From NCBI GenBank assembly GCA_002633005.1, contig NMRA01000277.1, positions 62,001-126,000 on the forward strand: DNA of 64,000 nt, read 5' to 3'. The notes under the pieces are model-generated. The model saw only the letters and a list, made by a program, of their open reading frames with translations, did not search any database and was not told the DNA's origin. The translations under genes were made by a program, and so were the position numbers. Of this stretch, positions 37,076-50,830 are shown in pieces. Positions within the stretch are counted from its first letter, which is position 1, and each line of letters begins with the position of its first letter. Source of the stretch: Phoronis australis. Lineage: Eukaryota; Animalia; Phoronida.

Positions 37076-38443
37076 GTAACTGTTTTATGATGTCTGTTAG
37101 CTAGAGCTAATAGAATTTAAATAGTTTCTGTGAACATATAATGAGATGTTGCGAAATCTAAATTCCTCGCTTGGACTCAAACTTTAATAGTACGATTCTC
37201 GACCTCACGGGAAACTAGGACGCAAGCTTGTTGCATAGATATCCATAGATAGGCGTGGCCATTGCTCACTTTGTTTTTCTTTCTTATAATAACGATAATA
37301 GTAGGCATTCATCGGTAACCGGCTGATGTAGGCCCAAGGTACGATATCTGTGCGACCTGTATTATTATATCCAACAAAGACACAACAAAGGAAAACAATG
37401 GTAGCGTCCCATAGGCGATAACCATGCGACGGGCGTGAGCGCGTGGATCTCACAAGTTAAACAATATTTTGCGAAATCCATACGACGTCATTTGGCATGA
37501 ATTACCACTTTGGTACACCTGCTTAACGCAAGAGAACACTGTCTCAAGAAGGCAGATTTTTAAGCCACTTGCACAGAAAGATTACGAGTGACGAAATTGT
37601 TAACTTTCCGTGCGAAAAGAGGCTCAATGAGAAAACTTGAACACCCATGTGAAATTTAGTGAGAGATCAATAACTTGCATGCAGTGAAAGGATAATTAAT
37701 GTGCGATATTTTACGCATCTAAATACTTTTGTATAAGTGGTACAAATTTAATACACATTCTGCTTCTTTTCGAATGAACAGTTATTTAAGTAAAAAGTTG
37801 TTGAAAAATAATAAGTTAGAGTGAATATATGTTCAACTTGGACTGAACAATTTGACAGTTCTACGAAATGTCAGAGACAGGTCACTGATCTAAGTTCGAT
37901 CGGCTACTTATTAATGAATAGTTGAATGGGAAAGCTGCTTATATTCATAAATGATTCAAGTCCAGGACTGGGTTTCATAAACGTTGAAACTTATCTGCTG
38001 GATACATTTGATTGCTGCATGACGCCCAGAGCATTGTCAAATAAGAGCAACGTGACGTGTGATGATGAGAAGTCATTGTTGCTATCCAGCGTATGATTTT
38101 TTGAAACCAGGCCCTGATGCAGACATGGAGGTCATTGCTCGCTTTCATCCAAAATCGTGTTTCCAATTACTAATACATCAAAGCAGTCACCTGTGAGCTC
38201 ATTAACGCTTAACTAGGAATATAGTGGCCATTTGTTGTACATGTGTCTTATAGCGGACACGTAGGTATACGTAGCTGCATGTGCAATAGGGTTGACCACT
38301 TGTAAACTGCATATGGTATGACTATCCATTTCTGTTAAATTTTAACAATTTTTCAAACCCCCTTACCATCCACTGAATCATCGGCAAACTGAGTGGTAGT
38401 GCAACCTAACAGAAATAATAAATACACGTGTGTTCAGGTCTAT

Positions 38444-38690
38444 TATGTCTATTTCGACCAATTATGTCAATATTGGCCCGTTGTGATCCATTGGTCAAGG
38501 TTTAAAGACAATTCAGGTTTCATAAACGTGGTTTAACTACAGTACAATAGGTGAAAACAGAATTGATCGTTCCAGATGGACATAACGTGCAAAACTGGCA
38601 TAAATGGATGTATATGGACATAATGATCAAAATGGATGTAATGTGTCAACACGGACATGGTTGGTAAAAATGGACATTATCGGTCAAAAC
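38444..38690. repeat. Degenerate ~18-bp repeats (AAATGGACATAATGGTCA-like) with inverted copies upstream
   Basis: ATGGACAT/ATGGATGT recurs across 38576-38690; TTATGTC..GACC units in reverse orientation at 38444-38480. Confidence 0.5.
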
Positions 38691-38991
38691 AAGCGAATTT
38701 CACATTATAGTTGCTGTACTTTAAAGTACACTAACTGTTTCCGTGATAAATGCGAGGGGTCAGAGTGCGAGGATCGCTGAAGTTGTGAAAGGATCATGTG
38801 ACATGGCATCCTATTCATTAACAGAACGAAGTAACATTCATACATTCCGATTGGTTGAAAACTAACATACGGACATTTCGATTGGTTGATGGTGAGAAAT
38901 GCATTAACATAGCGTTGTATATATTCATAAATCGTTTTTGCTTGCGTTTACTACAGCAAGAACTAACAAATCGATGCATTGCACCCGAGTT

Positions 38992-39082
38992 CACACACAC
39001 ACGCACACGCACGAGCACACGCAAACAAACACACACACTCACACATACACACGCGCGCACGCACACTGACACAAGTGACACA
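38992..39082. repeat. Imperfect (CA)n microsatellite
   Basis: Direct observation. Confidence 0.9.
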
Positions 39083-39374
39083 CTCAAGATAATAAGGAGT
39101 CAAATAAAACAACAAAACGATCCACCGTGTGTTAAAGACAAACATCCAAACCACTGATGCTATCCACACACGGATTTCTGCGCGTCGACCCCAAGGCCAA
39201 TCTTCTTCAGATGTGGCACTGTGTCAGAGGAAACAATACCGTGAGCCTCTTCATATTTCCGGGAAAAATATACCAATACCAGTACAACCAGGTGAAAGTT
39301 TGCACAAAGCCGATTACAAAGCTTGGCCGCAATAGGCCCTGGCGTTGGCAGAAAGTAGCATACGAAACTTTAGA

Positions 39375-39780
39375 CCGCCTCTACTAGTACTTGAACTACG
39401 GACGATGAAGCTCCTGTAGACGCTTCATGTGCAGAAGCTTTTCGGTGAATTATGCCTCACACTGATTAAAACATCAAAGGTTAAGTCACGTTGTTATAAG
39501 TACTTTTTGCGCATAGAAGGCCACCTTAGGAGGCCGTCGATGTATTTAATTCCTTCCAACTCGAACAAATACTCCTGTTATCAAACCTTTTCATCGATCA
39601 GGTCCCAAAATCGTAAACTGGTCATTTTTAAGACTGAGTGCGGCGGGTGGTATGACGTCACTTTAATGTTTTAATTAGTGTGAGGCATAATTCTCCGAAA
39701 AGTTTCCTGCGTATAAAGCTCCTATATATACATGTATATAGGAGCTCCACCGTTTCTTCTGGCCAGCTAGAGACGGTGGT
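39375..39780. mobile_element. Foldback/MITE-like inverted repeat
   Basis: 39431-39479 (CTTTTCGGTGAATTATGCCTCACACTGATTAAAACATCAAAG) is inverted at 39661-39710, with weaker similarity extending outward. Local palindrome at 39717-39746. Confidence 0.7.
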
Positions 39781-40284
39781 CACTGTCTAGCGAAACGTTT
39801 GAGTTACCAAGGTCAATATCAAACTAGCAAGCATCTCTCCGCGTATGGAAAGAAAATGGCCGTTTTAAAAAATAAAGGCTCACAACATGTGTACTACTCG
39901 GGACCAAAGGTTTAGACGGTGCCAAGACGAGTGCCACGAAGTTTACAAACGATCGGAGTAATCGGAGTTTGGCCGAACGTTGTACTTAATGTTATGGATG
40001 GTTCTTGGCGAATGCATGTAATACATATTTGTAAAGCATTCGATCTCATAAGGTCCGATAGGATTGAGTCAAGATCGATATAAGCTGTTTCATGTATCTT
40101 GTCAAGCATGTGACTAAATAATAATCCGCTCACATTTGCCCAAATACACCGTTAAGCCTCAGATTTACATCTTGATAAATATTTTGATTAAAGCATAAGT
40201 GGAAAGCTTTACCGAAGTAAAGTAACATTCCTCATTGTTAGTAAAGATTTTATGTGATTTGATTACAAATCGTCAATTCTTGTC

Positions 40285-40430
40285 AGTGTTTGCCAGACAT
40301 TCGCTGAAATCCAGGCCTGTGACTTAACCAGTTAAAAACGTTTGCTAAGCATTAGATTGCGACCACAGGGGTTGCAGGTTCCATTCTTCGCTGAGGCAGA
40401 CCTCAGAAAATCACATTTCTCGCCCATAAT
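40285..40430 (+). mobile_element. SINE-like repeat homologous to 9700-9860
   Basis: CCAG.CATTCGCTGAAA..GTGACT..AGC.TTAGATTGCGA..CCTCAGAAAATCAC.TTTCTCGCC. Confidence 0.6.
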
Positions 40431-41639
40431 CTCTCTTTGAAAGGACTATTTTGTATTTTAAATGCTTTGATTTCGTGGTGTCGCTTAAAAACTCAATTTT
40501 CTTTTGGATCCAGTTAGCTAATTGACTTTCCGGGTTTCTGTGATTAAATCATTTAATTATTTCATGTGTACTTTTTAATACCGCTGTTTTAGTTTCCGTA
40601 GTTTCCTCGCATTTTTGATCAAATTCAATTCTAATATTCACCATTAACATATGGTCATTGTTGGATTTCCAGTACAGCGAAAGTGAGAAAATTAAGTGGT
40701 GTGTATGCAATAAGCTTGTTCTGTCGTTAACTTAGATTTACTCTCAGAGGTCATTGGAGTAGACGCGAAACCGAATGTTCCTTAACGTGCTGTTAGAGTG
40801 TGGATTTCATTTTTCACATTAGCGTCAAAATCATTTATAAACAAATCGATCCACATGAAGCGGTACAACATGCTCATCTGATTATCCTTCTTGGAGCAAA
40901 ACAAATCGCGAGCATTCAAATACCCGCATTTCTTTCAATTCATACGACTTTATTACGTTTCAAGGTTGCGTACGATCGTATCGCCAGGTCTGTGTATCTC
41001 GCTAAAACGTCAACTATAATACTTTCTAAAAGCAGACAGCTTGCTTTCTTTGAATAAATCTGCCCTTATTTGAGTCAAGAGCGGAAAATGTCGTTTTAAT
41101 AAAATTTAGCGAAAAAGAATGGAAAGGTATGTTGATAGTCAAATAATATCATTCATGGCATGACCGGATTTCCTTTGACTTAAATAATCAAGATTAAAGA
41201 TCAAATCTCAAACACTGTTCAAAATTAAGATTTTGTTTTCGTGTTATGGAACTTTTGACTTTTTCATGAAGTCAGCTTTTTAATCTTGATAGTCACTCAT
41301 ACAATTGTGAAATATTTTAAAACCACTTCGTATTTTCTTTTTAGAGAACAGTGCACAAAGCATAGTATATGTAAATTTCATGTGGATCCAATCTGCCATT
41401 TATGAAATATGGCATTCCAAAATTAGCCAAATTTGGACATTTTTGGGTCCTATATAACCTTAAGCCAACAGCGCGAAATATAAACACGCACAAAATCTGT
41501 AACAGTTCTTTACTGTCAAGTGACGTTATCACTATACCGTTTCATCAGATAGGCAATAACTATCCGTTCTACAAAATACTGAATGTTCGAATACAATGTG
41601 AAACAAGTTAAAAGCCATCCACATTTGCAAAATTGACAC

Positions 41640-41900
41640 GTACCTGGATATGGCGAGATGATATTGTCAATTCAAGCTCCCCGTATATTATGACCTACGG
41701 CACTGTAGAGACGACTAATTATAAATACAAGTTTCACAAAACTGCGTTCAATGGACTCCAATGTTTGCTTGAAAAATCCATTGATTTTCACTGTACTTCC
41801 GTGTATTGTTCAAACGAGACTACACTGTACATTTGGAACACACACCTCGTTTTCAACTACGTTTCGCTATCTCTTGTAGTTACGTCGCCCACTTCCCTTT
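41640..41900 (-). mobile_element. Short LINE RT C-terminal relic
   Basis: IHGSTV (cf. YGSEVW), LESIERSFVKLVF, IIYGEL. Confidence 0.3.
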
Positions 41901-42095
41901 TTTTCCCCGGGATAATTATGATCACTTCCAATATCTTCTTTGAAAACCATGTGTGGCCATTTGAAAGGTTCTCTAATTAACATAGGGAACAGTGTTTTAC
42001 GAAATCATTCTTTTACTTGTGACGTAAGAATATCATATATCAAAAAATAGAAAACCCACAAAAAGGCCACAACTGATTTACTACAGAAACGTTAG

Positions 42096-42143
42096 ATACA
42101 CATACACACGCACATACACATACATACGCGCGCGCGCACGCAT

Positions 42144-42180
<37 letters not shown>

Positions 42181-42258
42181 TTGTTGTGTGTGTGTGTGTG
42201 TATGTATGCATGCATGTATGTATGTATGTATGTATGTATGTATGTATGTATGTATGTG
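42096..42258. repeat. Compound microsatellite (CA)n/(CG)n then (TG)n/(TATG)n
   Basis: Direct observation. Confidence 0.95.
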
Positions 42259-43689
42259 TGAATGTATGTAAATACAACATGAGTATTCATTTTCACTATC
42301 CTATTGCTAATTTGGCCAAAAAACAACTGCGCTGGTATCTCCTTATGTGATCGTCACAAGTGGTTGTTGAAATCATATACATAAACAGTACTTGGTGCTG
42401 TGGTAAAATGTCATGCAGTGCAAATAAATTTTCTCAAGGGCAATCTTGTATGCTATGAATGATACGATAATTAGCAGTTGCACCGCTTATGTTATGGATC
42501 GACCTGCAGGCTGTAGAACTTCCTCATTGAAAACCACCTGTATAAAATACAGCCACCCTGCCACAGTTTTTCGAACATATCTATGAAATTCTGTCGATTA
42601 TCATTTGAGCTTCCCTCGCCGGCCGCAATTTTGAGGAAGTTCTAATTCGTATCACGTAACCTAAGCTTACCGGTGCTGATCGCGAGAGGTTAAAAAAATC
42701 CCAACAACCCAAAAAGTTGGAATAGCCGCGAATAGCCGCGCCATATTGAAATTCACTATTCCGCCAGACGGCGATCAGGTCTCTTACGGACAGGCGTTCA
42801 GTGCCACCTACGAATGCCACGTAATGCGAACGGGAGGTTTCAACCTACTGGTCTGAATAGCGTTTAATACCGTTCCTTCTAATATCACGCGCGCAAATTT
42901 CCACTGCTGTGCCGTGGGATGTACTAATGCCTTATGAAAAAGGAAACCGTTTTGAAATACCAATCGATGAACAAGAATATCATGGTCCATACATGTCCTA
43001 ATGCGTCGAAGAATCCGCGACAAAGATAGTGGCTGCGGTTGACCAAGCGGGAGAAGTTTGAGCCGAGTCAAAAAGTTAAATTAAATTAGTGACAGACTAT
43101 GGAAAAAGTTGACTGTGGGATTTATTCCTCTGTTTTTAAATTAATGAACCACTTGGTATTAGTGAATTTCTGTCACTGACTCTGTGTCAGGATCAATCAG
43201 AAGCCACTTATTCTAGAGAGCGCCAATATTATTACTCTAAACACACGTCATCGAGGGTTTGCGTATAAAACCACAAAGCCGCTTAAAAAAGTATTCAGTT
43301 TTATAACTGACGCTTTTCAGTGTAACATTTCTTTACGAAGACGTGAAAACTTCTTATTTGGTAACCGGAATCCAATGACAGACGAAGGCGCGAAAGATGA
43401 CAAATAATTCAGTGTATGTTTTCCTCCAACTTCTGCAGAATTCAGTATTCTGAAATACACATTTTTACATACCTATTTCCTCGCATTAGGCACGAATCCA
43501 TTTTATCCAAAGGTACGCAGAGTATACGGATCATCAAAATTTCTTGATCTTACGATCTTGATACGAATTGCACATGAGATGAAAGCTAATTACAATGAAC
43601 ACAGAGAGACATGCATGATAGATAATGGGCTCTGGAAAGACTAGCCCAGCTGAAATACATGGTATGGTGCACACAAAGAGCTGCTCACT

Positions 43690-44230
43690 TTGTCAGCTGC
43701 TTCAAGTGCCAGTAATTACAGACAGGGTGTCACAGGGACAAACCGTGGAACACACCGTGACTTAAATTTTGCCTTAACATTTATGGCAGTTGCAATGCCC
43801 GATGAAGCAAAAATAGTATTCGTACTTTTCACTACGAAATCTATTGATATGCGAGGTCCATGCGCAATATTTAGCAACAATGCGGCACTTTCGACAACAA
43901 CTCCGACATTTGGCGCCATTTCCAACCTACGTGACCACTGTAAATTACGTCGGCACGCAATCTTGACTGGTGTGCACGGAGTTTACCTGAGTTTGTATTA
44001 ACTGTGGGACAGTTGAATGAGACGAATTTGGATGCGGCGCGGGGTCAAGGGGCGTGCATAAAAGCCATTAAAATTGGATTGTACGTTACGGATAAGAGCT
44101 TTTAAAAATATCAGACCGATAGAGGCCACGTGAATAAAACAAATGATGATTTCTATGGTATGTTTTATAACAACAGTGAAGGAAGAGAATTGCAAATTTC
44201 TGGGAAAATCTATTTCGTTCACAAACATTT
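43690..44230 (-). mobile_element. Possible LINE APE endonuclease relic
   Basis: SNFNG (cf. GDFNA), NGAKCRSCCRKCRIV (cf. NG..L..LC), SIDFVV (cf. S.IDY). Very degenerate. Confidence 0.25.
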
Positions 44231-45824
44231 CAAACTAGAGCTAGCGCTCATGACCAAAACTTGCGGCTGGTGCTAGTAAGCTAAGCACGCATGGCAATGA
44301 GTAGCTACTGGCACTAGAGACAGCAGGCTGAGAGCGTAGTTCTTCTCCATTCTGCTAGTGCGTCATGCCTGAAGACTCTATGCTTCGATTAACAGGGTTC
44401 ATTAGGAAAGTGACTTATTTCCTGCATGCCCAAGAAGAATTATACGTTCGTGTAGTAAGGAAGCGCGTGCTATAACAAATGAAATATAATAAGTCAATGA
44501 AAACATCATTGTCATCCCTAATCACGCGTTGCACTTTAGTGATCCGCAGACATCAACAGTGAACGAGACGGAATGGGAACAACTCAAGATGTTTGACTGT
44601 ATACACTGTACACTGATAACGAATTTCCCGTCCAACATTTTGTTATTTCTTTTGAAATGATGGGAGGGGCTAAAATTTATGTCTCAGTGCTCACTGTTTC
44701 TTGGAGTATTTAGCAAAAACACAAAACAAGTCGCAAGGACGAATAATATTTGCTAAACTTTGTTAAAAGTTTTAACAAAAATGTCTGTGAAGTGTATTTC
44801 AAAACCATATGGAAATCGATCTCGAGTGACTATCGCACTGGTACTTTGGGCCCTTGTAATAGCACTCTTATAAGCCCCTTATTTTACAGAATTTCTTATC
44901 TCTTAATACTTTTTAAATAAGATGCATAAGAATGTTCTATATTTAACTGATGTCTAATCATTATTGATTACCAATCAGTAACGAGCGGAAGCCGTTTTTT
45001 GTAACGGAATCGGATTTGATGTTCCGGCTGTCACTTTGGTGTCATTGAGGACTTCAATAGCCAATGATGTTGGTTTACCGACCAGACTGTTTAATTTCAG
45101 TATGCACGAAAGGTTTTTGCTGATCATGCGGACTGATGTATTGTTCACAAAGTGGAAATGGAACATTGATGCACGCTATTTTCAGTGCAAACATGGCCCA
45201 GATACAAGTCCATCTTGAAATTTTAAGGGACAGCTGCAAACGAATGCTCAGAAATAATCGCATTTAAATCCTGCGCCCTCGTCGCAGAACGCTACGTCGT
45301 GTAAATGACCAGTTCCTCCACTGCCCTCACCAGTCAAAGCGGTTATTAGCGTTAAGAACTAATTCATGCCCAAAATAACTCCCAAAATATGTCGTTTTAA
45401 AGATATGGAAATCTACTGACATCACAGTACATGCAGGTCCACCAATCACGCGAAGACTCGCGTGATATTGCGTTTTCGCAACTTAATTGCGTTTAAATAA
45501 CGGGTGTTTCATTAATTCTGCGTCTATGAAACACCGAAAGTAAAACATTGCAAATTTCTTCGAAAACTTTTGAATTTCATATCCGACGCGCAACATCGAA
45601 CTTATGATTGAGGCCATGCTCGGCGCAGAAAGTAACCCCCCGTGATAGCCAATTTGTTGAGCCTGGTTTCAAACTGGAAGTAAGTGTCAGTTCTTTTCAA
45701 GTTCAGAATCACTAATTTGAGTGATGAATGAGTTCAGGAAATTCAGGGGTGGAAACGATTTCATGGCCGCACCTCGAAATTCCATCTTTGATCCGATAAA
45801 CCCTTATCACAAACCAGAACACAT

Positions 45825-46005
45825 CAAACCCGCGTTGACAAATTTCATACCCGTGCCCTTCAACTCAATACCCGTGCCGCCAATTCCTCGCTGATGCGGA
45901 CCCACAGCCCGGTTTGCAGCTTGGCCTCCGGGTAAGGAGTATTGGCATCGAGTGGGTCGAGTTAAGGGGCGCTTGCATGGAATTCATAACCTGGGTTTAT
46001 AGATC
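45825..46005. repeat. Degenerate foldback (MITE-like) palindrome
   Basis: AAACCCGCGTT..AATTTCAT..GCCCTTCAACTC..GCCAAT versus reverse complement of the right arm AAACCCAGGTT..AATTCCAT..GCCCCTTAACTC..GCCAAT. Confidence 0.5.
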
Positions 46006-46697
46006 ATTAGATAAAAACATGAAAATAATATGTAGATGGTGCTTGGTAAGGAATTTATAAGCAAAAAGAGAAAGTTGCAAACTAGCGGCCTTAATTTGCA
46101 TATTTAAAGGTTGTCAATATTACAGTCAAGCTAAAATGCTTCAGAGGTTGGGGGGGACGCTAAACAACAACAAAAAACTTATACTACCAAAACTTTCTAG
46201 GCTCCATATGGGGACCCAATAGGTGGCTAATATACTATAAAATTAGGGTTTGTGCGTCATGGACTCCGCTCCTTGGCTGAAATACTGAAGTGCATTCCAA
46301 TGAAATCGCTTCCACCGATTTCACAACTACGTGGCGTTCACATGGCGCCCATGAACCAAAAATTACTTTTAATTGGAAGGCGAGGCTTATTGCTGCAGCC
46401 TTAACGAACGCGTCGACTCTCGTTGTAGCACGAGTAATCGCGAGCGTAGTAAACCAGGACGATTTCTTCTTGACTAATAGAATCAACTCTTACAAGTACG
46501 TCGGGATTGAAGACATTTGACAACAAACAGGTGTGTTACGCTTTCATAAAAACAACCATCCAAGTCATGTTTGTAACAGATAACAGAGGTTTGCCATGCA
46601 AATCTAGGTCATTCATCAAAAAAGACATTTTAGTGAATGTCTTGACCATCTTTAGCAGATAAATTGTCACACTAGCTTTGGTTTTGGTATGATCCCA

Positions 46698-46698
46698 G

Positions 46699-46733
<35 letters not shown>
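46698..46733. repeat. (GTT)12 microsatellite ending at an N join (46734)
   Basis: Direct observation. Confidence 0.95.
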
Positions 46734-47499
46734 NCCCAGCTCAGTCGGGCGTATTAACCATACAACTCAGATGTAGACCTACCATAAATGCGTCGTTTTC
46801 TAAGTTCAAAAGCAGACTTGATATATTTGGAAAATTGCCTAGGGAAATACTGTAACAGCAGTTTTAACGTATCTTATCTTCTGAAATTTGCAAAATTCGG
46901 GATTTGAAGTGAAACATTATTAAAAGAGAATAGACCTCCGTGAGTTATAAAGAGAACAATTAAACACAAAATGTAGCTCATCCTCCACAGAACCAGAATC
47001 ACAACACAAGCAAAGTCTTTCGCATACAGTATTGTTTACATATAATGTGATAATGATGGTGGTGGGAGTAAGCGATGGGGAAAGTGATGGGGATGGTGAT
47101 GGAGGTCATAGTGATAGTGGTTTAGGTGGTGAGGTTGCCGGTGTTGGTGGTGCTAATGGTGGCGCTAGCAATGCCACCCCAGCTATTCGTTGGGGTCGTA
47201 ACTGCGGATGTTGTTTCTTTCAGTTTAGTACGGATACTTCTGTTGTTACTGAATTGCGTAGATGATGTTTTTGATTTTGCGGGTGTTGCTTTGGTTGAAA
47301 GTGTGCATTGTTATTTTATCTCTCTCGCCGCTGCTGAAACTGTTATTCTTTTCGTTGCTACAGATCACATACACACTGAGGAGAATGACTGCAAGACTCT
47401 TTGGCGAAAACATTTGCAAGAACCTAGTGTGGCTGCAAGTTAATCAAATTTTGTCAAATGTAACGTTTGCACTTACACATTCAAAATTAAGTCTAGGCC

Positions 47500-49150
47500 T
47501 GTCAATATGGTTTCGATAATTGAAATCTGAAGGCTATATGAATTAATCAGAAGCAGCTGTCGTTATGAAGACCGCTAATGAATTTTTAAAGCTACCTGGT
47601 AATCTGCACAGCCATGACATGTGCCATAGATAGATGTAATCTGTTTAATTCATGCAATAGCGTTGAATATATGAAACTCTGGTTTACCTTTGTAGGATTG
47701 GGTATTTTAATAAAAAAATACCACCTTCCACATGTTCTACTGTCATTTAGTTTCGAGTCTCCCGATGACTCCTTCAAGCCATTTGATGAATCGAGACCGT
47801 GATATATGACCAAATTACTGTAGTACATTGGACGATTTTCTACTTCGATTGCATATTACTCAGGTAGACTAAATGTCCACGCGCATGGTTTTAGGCTGAG
47901 TGCATGTCCGCTGCCTGTGTTTACAGTTTAAAAAACCTACATATTGGACAGATCATTTTAAACAGTAACTTACTGAAACAAATTGTACAGACGGATAAAA
48001 CGACAAAAATGGAAAACCCATTCACACGCGCACGCGTACAAACGAGACTGGACTGGCTAATTTAGTATTTGGGTACGGCTTGTCCACTTCAAGCTGGCCA
48101 AAAATGTTCGCGTCGAAGAACGCGTACCGACGCGAACGATCCAATCTTACATTAACTTAGCCGAAACGTATCAAACCCATCGTACCTTCACACGCATATC
48201 TCAGTTAATTAAAAAGATAATCCTGAACACCAACCTGGCGCTCGACACTCTTAATTTTAGCTAAACAATTCGTTCGTCCTAAAAGCTCACCTTTTCAATT
48301 TTCTTATTCGGTGTCTGCCATAAGAATCTCTTACAACCTCACTCTAGAGATTATGGTCACGTCTTTGATCTTTCGTATATTGAGCCATACTCATTAAAAT
48401 TGATTGTGCGACGGAAAATTGAGGCTAAGAGTTGATTGATGTCAAACGCATTATTAATACATCTGTCATATTTTTATGATTGAAAACAACAGTTGTCCTT
48501 AGTAAGGCGTAAACGGAGCATTCACCGAGGACAAGTCGTCATCGATCAACGTTTAATGTGTTATGGTTGTGACATACTACTGCATAAATTTCTGGTTCAC
48601 GCATGTGTAAAAAATCAAACGTCTGAACATTTTATCTTACATCAACAACTCTCTGATTTCCTAAGTCAATTACAAAAACTATAAGATATCATTAGTATTA
48701 CGCTACATGTAGATAATATTGCAGAGGATACGTTTGACATCTGTACAGTAGCTCATAAAGCTTACAAAATAGCTGCGTATCGCTGAACGGTCTACCGAAT
48801 AGACGCCAGTCACTTGTTCATCACAGAAACAAGGATTAAGATTATTTACAGGCTAGCTTCACGCTTTATGTGGCTCTAACGAGAAAAAGCATCCTTTTTT
48901 CTCACACCACTTCTTAGTCTGTGCATTAACCAACTCTGGTTGTCGCTAACTGAGAGAGGCGTTTTCATTGCAACTTCCTTACGAATGGGTGCCTTTTTCG
49001 AATTAAATTCAGCACCAAAGTCATCATCTAGAAAGTTAGAAATTATCCAAAAGGTTTTGCATGTTTTGTTAGGGTTAACATTTTGATTGAAGGTGTCAAA
49101 TTTCAGCGTTTTCAATGTGAACGCTCAAATCAACTTCGAACAGAGTGTCT
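47500..49150 (-). mobile_element. Decayed CR1/L2-like LINE ORF2 relic (linker into RT N-terminal half)
   Basis: NPNKTCKTF..APIRKEV..NQSWLMHRLRSGVRKKD (cf. P.K..NKPW.T..IRKK), NK*LASIR, QKFMQ*YVTTI (cf. FN.YF..IG), KVNQSFIYSTLLHEL (cf. TVNH.ILL.KL). Confidence 0.45.
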
Positions 49151-50544
49151 ACGTATAGGGTATATGTAATACACTGAGATGTGAATTTTTTCACGGAAGT
49201 CTCCAATAAAAGGTTCTTTTAGTATTGTTTATTGTCTAAAGGATGGCTTTCCTAATTCTCCAACTGTGTACACAGTCAAATAGTTTCTCCTCGTAACGAT
49301 CTTAAAGTTACCATGGGAAATGTATCCGACATGCAATTTAATGTTGCGGTATACGAATTTGGCAAAACTAATGGTGATTTTTCATCCGGTTCCACAGCCG
49401 GTAGCCCTCGCATTATCTACCCTTAATAGCGAAAAAATAAATTAGCAGGGGTCTCCAGAGAAGTCTGAAACACTTCCAATCAAATGGCAATGACCTCAGC
49501 ATGCGTGCTTCATTCATAGGTTTTCCACAGCCATCGTTATTTACCGCTGACATCACAGGCTGTGACATGGCTAGCCGAGTTGGACATTTCAATCTCGGAC
49601 TTTTCATATTGGCGGTCTATTGAGAAATGAGAGCCCGAAATTGACTCCCGCTTGATCACAACTCTAGATTCGATGGAAGGAAAATCAAAATGGCTTGTAG
49701 TCACGCTACTTTCTACTTTGGTGAAACGGCGCCTAACTTAAAGTTCCAGAGCTGAACAAAATAGCTGCAAGAATGAGGAACAAGTGTTTCCAATTATCGG
49801 AATGAGCAGTTACTGCCATTTGGTGACTTCGCCGCCGCGGATTCCTGTTCGCATAGTCGGAAATGTATGGAGCGTGATGTCCTCCATCCATGCATATTTC
49901 AACAGGTTTACCTTTTTGTTTCATCATTAGACAAACACGCCGCATAGCAGTGGAAATGTGTCGCGAAATTGTTTACAAAAAGACAATTTTAAGATGTTTG
50001 CATGAGTACATGAACTAGATGCAGTATTTTTTAAATTAAAAATAGGTCTGTTTGTGGAAAAAAACAAAAATTGTGAGAACTCGTAAAACATTGTCTAGTT
50101 TCGATTCCAAGCAATTCAAAACCAATCTTCAATGTTAAAAATCAGCAACTCTAAACAATCCATGCGGGATGCGACCAGTGGAGTGTGTAGAGGGTCAAGG
50201 TACTACCCAGACGTGCACTGTAGACCAACGATCCGTTGATATACATGTTTGATTATCAGTCCAAGCAACAGCAATTGAAGTTCAATTTTTCTTATGTTCC
50301 GTGTAAGAGGCTCATTCCACAAACGCAAGACACCTGGGAGTAAAACTATTGTGATCACGGGCTTCGCTAGTAACACATGGTCTTACCTCGCGAAGACTTA
50401 CGTGGTCTCGGTTTTCTCGAAAATGCCTGCTCTGTAGTTTGACTCTCCCAATTTCATTAGAAATTGGCACTTGCTGGGTTGGCTGGGCATTTCAAAATCT
50501 ATGCTGCATGTGAAGACTGGAGAGTTTTGGCTCTCTGAATTTTC

Positions 50545-50830
50545 TGTCTCTCAGTTCTTAGTAATTGCATGGAAATTGTGGCTTTGGGTTGAAAACTGTC
50601 GATTTGGCGTATTTTTGTTTGTTTTTCGAGTAGCCGGCTGCATTTCCGATAGCCGTAAAAGGTGGATAAATTGACTTTGGAATCAGTTTTGTGCAAGGTT
50701 TTTGAAGTCTGTGGCCCATTTATACATGTCCAATTTTCATTCTTTGTACATTCCGTGGAACAGAATGTTGGAGCTGACCCGACCTGGTTTTTCAAGCGCC
50801 AAATCAGCAAAATGTGTTGAGTGCCACCTT
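50545..50830. mobile_element. Non-autonomous DNA-transposon-like repeat, copy 3 of 3
   Basis: Similar to 20270-20483 and 36840-37075; ends GTTGAGTGCCACCTTA. Confidence 0.7.

Noticed and set aside
38818-42326. Cys/Val- or His/Thr-rich ORFs at about 38.8-39.2 kb and 42.1-42.3 kb
   Set aside because: These are translations of (CA)n/(TG)n microsatellites.
43716-46520. SEA-domain/mucin gene exons on the minus strand
   Set aside because: No consistent splice structure and many stops; the fragments fit decayed LINE motifs at least as well.
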